Source: a bacterium (GTDB lineage Bacteria; Patescibacteriota; Patescibacteriia; UBA1558; UBA10009). From it: a stretch of DNA of 64,000 nucleotides. The notes under the pieces were generated by a model. The model was given only the letters and a program-made list of their open reading frames with translations, was not told the origin of the DNA and did no database searches. The position numbers and the translations under genes are program-made. The first letter of the stretch is position 1. Every line of letters begins with the position of its first letter. The stretch covers positions 432,679 through 496,678 of the forward strand of contig JABHGM010000001.1 in assembly GCA_018672055.1 (NCBI GenBank), in the 5' to 3' direction. Below, piece by piece: positions 61,279 to 64,000 of this stretch.

Positions 61279-61854
61279 ATGAATTTAGCTGTATTTGTTT
61301 CAACAAATGGTACTGATTTACAAGTAATAATAGATGCATTAAAGAACAATTCTTTAAAAGATGTTGATCTTAAATTTGTTTTATCTAATAAAGAAGATTG
61401 TTTTGGATTACAAAGAGCTAAAGAAGCTGGTTTTAAAACTATATATATAAATGGTAAAGATAAGACACGTGAAGAATATGATCTTGAATGTTTAAATGTA
61501 TGCCAGGAGCATAATATTGATCTTATTGTTTTAATAGGTTATATGAGAATAATGAGTAAAGTAATAGTTGATCCATATAAAGAAAGAATAATGAATATAC
61601 ATCCTTCATTATTACCTAAATATCCTGGTATGGATTTGGATGTTCACGCTGAAGTATTATCAAATAATGAAAAAAAATCAGGTTGTACATTACATTGGGT
61701 TACCCTTAATTTAGATGATGGTCCTATTATACTTCAAGAAGAAGTATTAATTGAACCTAATGAAACTATTGAAACGTTGAAAGAGAAGGTTCAATTAAAA
61801 GAGCAAGAAGTTATTTTAAAAGGTATTGAATTATTTAGAGATGGTAAATTGTAA
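61279..61854 (+). CDS. purN: Phosphoribosylglycinamide formyltransferase
   Basis: GTDLQ, GYMRI, NIHPSLLPKYPG, GCTLHWV...LDDGPII. Confidence 0.96.
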   Translation: MNLAVFVSTNGTDLQVIIDALKNNSLKDVDLKFVLSNKEDCFGLQRAKEAGFKTIYINGKDKTREEYDLECLNVCQEHNIDLIVLIGYMRIMSKVIVDPYKERIMNIHPSLLPKYPGMDLDVHAEVLSNNEKKSGCTLHWVTLNLDDGPIILQEEVLIEPNETIETLKEKVQLKEQEVILKGIELFRDGKL

Positions 61855-61855
61855 A

Positions 61856-61883
61856 TAAAAAAAGGACCTCGTTTGAGATCCTT
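61856..61883 (-). terminator. Terminator of the antisense small gene
   Basis: Minus strand AAGGATCTC-AAAC-GAGGTCCTT followed by a T-run. Confidence 0.7.
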
Positions 61884-62061
61884 ATAATTTTTTATTCCAA
61901 TCAATAAGTTCTAATTTATTGTAAGGAACAGGTTTCTTATGATTTGGATATCCGGGATGATCAATTATAACTGCACCATTATCTAGTTTAACTACAGTTA
62001 TACCAAGTTTACTACAAAGCGAATTACCACTTCCGAGAAATCCTCTTTTTATTATTTCCAT
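61882..62061 (-). CDS. Small 59-aa protein not in the ORF track (MEIIKRGFLGSGNSLCSKLGITVVKLDNGAVIIDHPGYPNHKKPVPYNKLELIDWNKKL)
   Basis: Manual translation; GGAGG SD; TTGACA-17-TAAGAT promoter at 62111-62083; terminator at the stop codon. Confidence 0.65.
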   Translation of the reverse strand: MEIIKRGFLGSGNSLCSKLGITVVKLDNGAVIIDHPGYPNHKKPVPYNKLELIDWNKKL

Positions 62062-62113
62062 AACTTTCCTCCATTTTTTTTAATCTTAAATTAATATATA
62101 AAATATGTCAAAT

Positions 62114-63628
62114 ATGAAGAGAGCTTTAATTAGCGTATATGATAAGACAGGAATAGTAGAGTTTAGTAAAGAGCTCGTACTTTCAGGTTGGGAAATTATC
62201 TCTACTGGTGGTACATATAAGTTACTTAAAGAGAATAATATATCTAATTTAAAAGAAGTTAGTGAAGTAACTAATTTTCCTGAAATAATGAATGGTCGTG
62301 TTAAAACCCTAGATCCACATATTTATGGAGGATTACTTGCTGTTCGAAATAATAATGATCATTTAAAACAAGCTAAAGAGAATAATATTAATATGATAGA
62401 TATGGTAGTAGTTAATTTGTATCCCTTTGAAGAAACACTTAAAAAGAAGAATGTAACTCATGAAGAAATAATTGAAAATATTGATATTGGAGGACCTACT
62501 ATGATTAGAGCTGCTGCCAAGAATTATGAGTCAGTTTATGTTGTAACTGATTTGAAAGATTATAATGAGGTAATACGTCAGTTAGGCGTAGATAATAGTG
62601 ATTTTAGAAAGAAATTAGCTGAAAAAGCATTTAAATTAACCTCAGAATATGACTTCAACATTAATAATTACTTTAGTAGTAATAAGCGCATTAACTGGCA
62701 GTTTGAAAAGCTAGATGATTTAAGGTATGGTGAAAATCCATATCAAAAAGCTACATTTTTTAAAGAAGTTGGTTTGTATCCAGAATTTCCATCTATTGTT
62801 AATACTGAAGTTTTGCATGGTAAACAGCTATCATATAATAATATAATGGATGCTGATGCTGCATTGGCTTTAATTCAAGAGTTTGATATGCCAGCAGCAG
62901 CTGTTTTAAAGCATGCTAACCCTTGTGGTGTGGCTCAAGACAAGGATATTACTAAAGCTTTTAAAAAAGCATATTTAGCTGATTCTAAATCTGCTTTTGG
63001 TGGAGTTATTATATTAAACAAAGAATGTAGTTCTAAAATAGCAGAAGAGATAAATAAAGTATTTGCTGAAATTGTTATGGCTCCTAGTTTTGAAAAAGAA
63101 GCTTTGAATATTTTAAAAAGTAAAAAGAATTTAAGAATTTTAAAGATAAAGAGTTTAGATAATTTAAAAGATAGTAAGCTTAAAGATTATCGTAAGGTTG
63201 TTGGCGGTTTACTTGTACAAGATTATAATAATTACAAGATAGATCAGAAAGATTTAAAAATAGTTACAGATGTTAAACCTGATAATTTAGATGATCTCAT
63301 ATTTGGCTATAGGGTTGTAAAACATATTAAATCTAATGCAATTTGTTTAGTAAAAGATGGAGTTACTTTAGGAATTGGTGCTGGACAGATGTCTAGAGTT
63401 GATGCTGTTGAAATAGCTATGTCTAAAGCTGGTTCTAAAGCAAAGGGTTCTGCTCTTGCTTCTGATGCTTTTTTCCCTTTCAGAGACAGTATAGACAAAC
63501 TAGCTGAATTTGGTGTAAAATCTATTATACAGCCTGGGGGTTCGATAAAAGATGATGAAATTATTGAGGCTGCTAATGAACATAAAATAAGTATGGTATT
63601 TACCCAAAATAGGGTATTTAAACACTAA
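62114..63628 (+). CDS. purH: Bifunctional AICAR transformylase/IMP cyclohydrolase
   Basis: MKRALISVYDK, GRVKTL.P, IDIGGPTM.RAAAKN, LRYGENP.Q, KHANPCG, ASDAFFPF. Confidence 0.98.
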   Translation: MKRALISVYDKTGIVEFSKELVLSGWEIISTGGTYKLLKENNISNLKEVSEVTNFPEIMNGRVKTLDPHIYGGLLAVRNNNDHLKQAKENNINMIDMVVVNLYPFEETLKKKNVTHEEIIENIDIGGPTMIRAAAKNYESVYVVTDLKDYNEVIRQLGVDNSDFRKKLAEKAFKLTSEYDFNINNYFSSNKRINWQFEKLDDLRYGENPYQKATFFKEVGLYPEFPSIVNTEVLHGKQLSYNNIMDADAALALIQEFDMPAAAVLKHANPCGVAQDKDITKAFKKAYLADSKSAFGGVIILNKECSSKIAEEINKVFAEIVMAPSFEKEALNILKSKKNLRILKIKSLDNLKDSKLKDYRKVVGGLLVQDYNNYKIDQKDLKIVTDVKPDNLDDLIFGYRVVKHIKSNAICLVKDGVTLGIGAGQMSRVDAVEIAMSKAGSKAKGSALASDAFFPFRDSIDKLAEFGVKSIIQPGGSIKDDEIIEAANEHKISMVFTQNRVFKH

Positions 63629-63629
63629 T

Positions 63630-64000
63630 ATGAAGAAATATTCATTAATATTACTAATCTTAGTAGTTCCGCTCATAATAAGCGGATGTTTTGGATTTGG
63701 GGATAACTCTAATAATGAGGAAGAAAAACCTGAATATATTATCTATCGTAATGGAACATTAGGTGAAGCTGATTTTATGGTTAAGTATAATAGTGAATGG
63801 AAATTAGAAGAAATAGTATCTACAAGACTTGCTAGTTCAACTGATGAAATAGTATTTAAAGTAGGTTTAAATCATAAAATAAGTTTAAATATATATAATG
63901 ATATAGATGCTGATACATTTTTAGAAAGCTATACATTCGAAGAAATAACTCAAACAGAAGTGAGTAGATTTATTGGTAAAAGAATTATAGGTTATATAGA
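63630..64000 (+). CDS. Hypothetical lipoprotein (3'-truncated by window edge)
   Basis: MKKYSLILLILVVPLIISG-C lipobox; frame open to the end of the window. Confidence 0.7.
   Translation, partial: MKKYSLILLILVVPLIISGCFGFGDNSNNEEEKPEYIIYRNGTLGEADFMVKYNSEWKLEEIVSTRLASSTDEIVFKVGLNHKISLNIYNDIDADTFLESYTFEEITQTEVSRFIGKRIIGYI

Overview
AT-rich (roughly 30% GC, estimated by eye) bacterial chromosome segment in genetic code 11. It is most likely from a Patescibacteria/CPR (Parcubacteria/ABY1-like) genome; this is inferred from SD-less core genes, CPR-style receiver domains and a giant FN3/Gly-rich surface protein. Contents: end of the spc operon (secY, adk, map); housekeeping genes (yqgF, tagO-like, rplU, recR, ybaB, dnaB, P-type ATPase, ppsA, dnaG, rpoD, rlmN, hup); three tRNAs (Lys, Ser, Asn); a chemosensory cluster (cheB, cheA, cheC, cheD, four stand-alone receivers, but no MCP, CheW or CheR); purine salvage genes; a giant surface-protein gene broken by one in-frame TAA, next to a MacB-like ABC transporter; and an essentially complete de novo purine pathway (guaBA, folD, purA, L, M, Q::S::S, C, class II E, B, F, D, N, H). 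Highlights: (1) a ~710-nt ORF-free, highly base-paired minus-strand RNA between secY and adk, with its own sigma70 promoter, boxA-like motif and terminator; (2) the receptor-less Che system; (3) recurrent antisense orphan-gene cassettes whose -35 box lies 1-4 bp from the ATG of the next core gene; (4) a methyltransferase gene flanked by a 29-bp direct repeat that duplicates the purC start.
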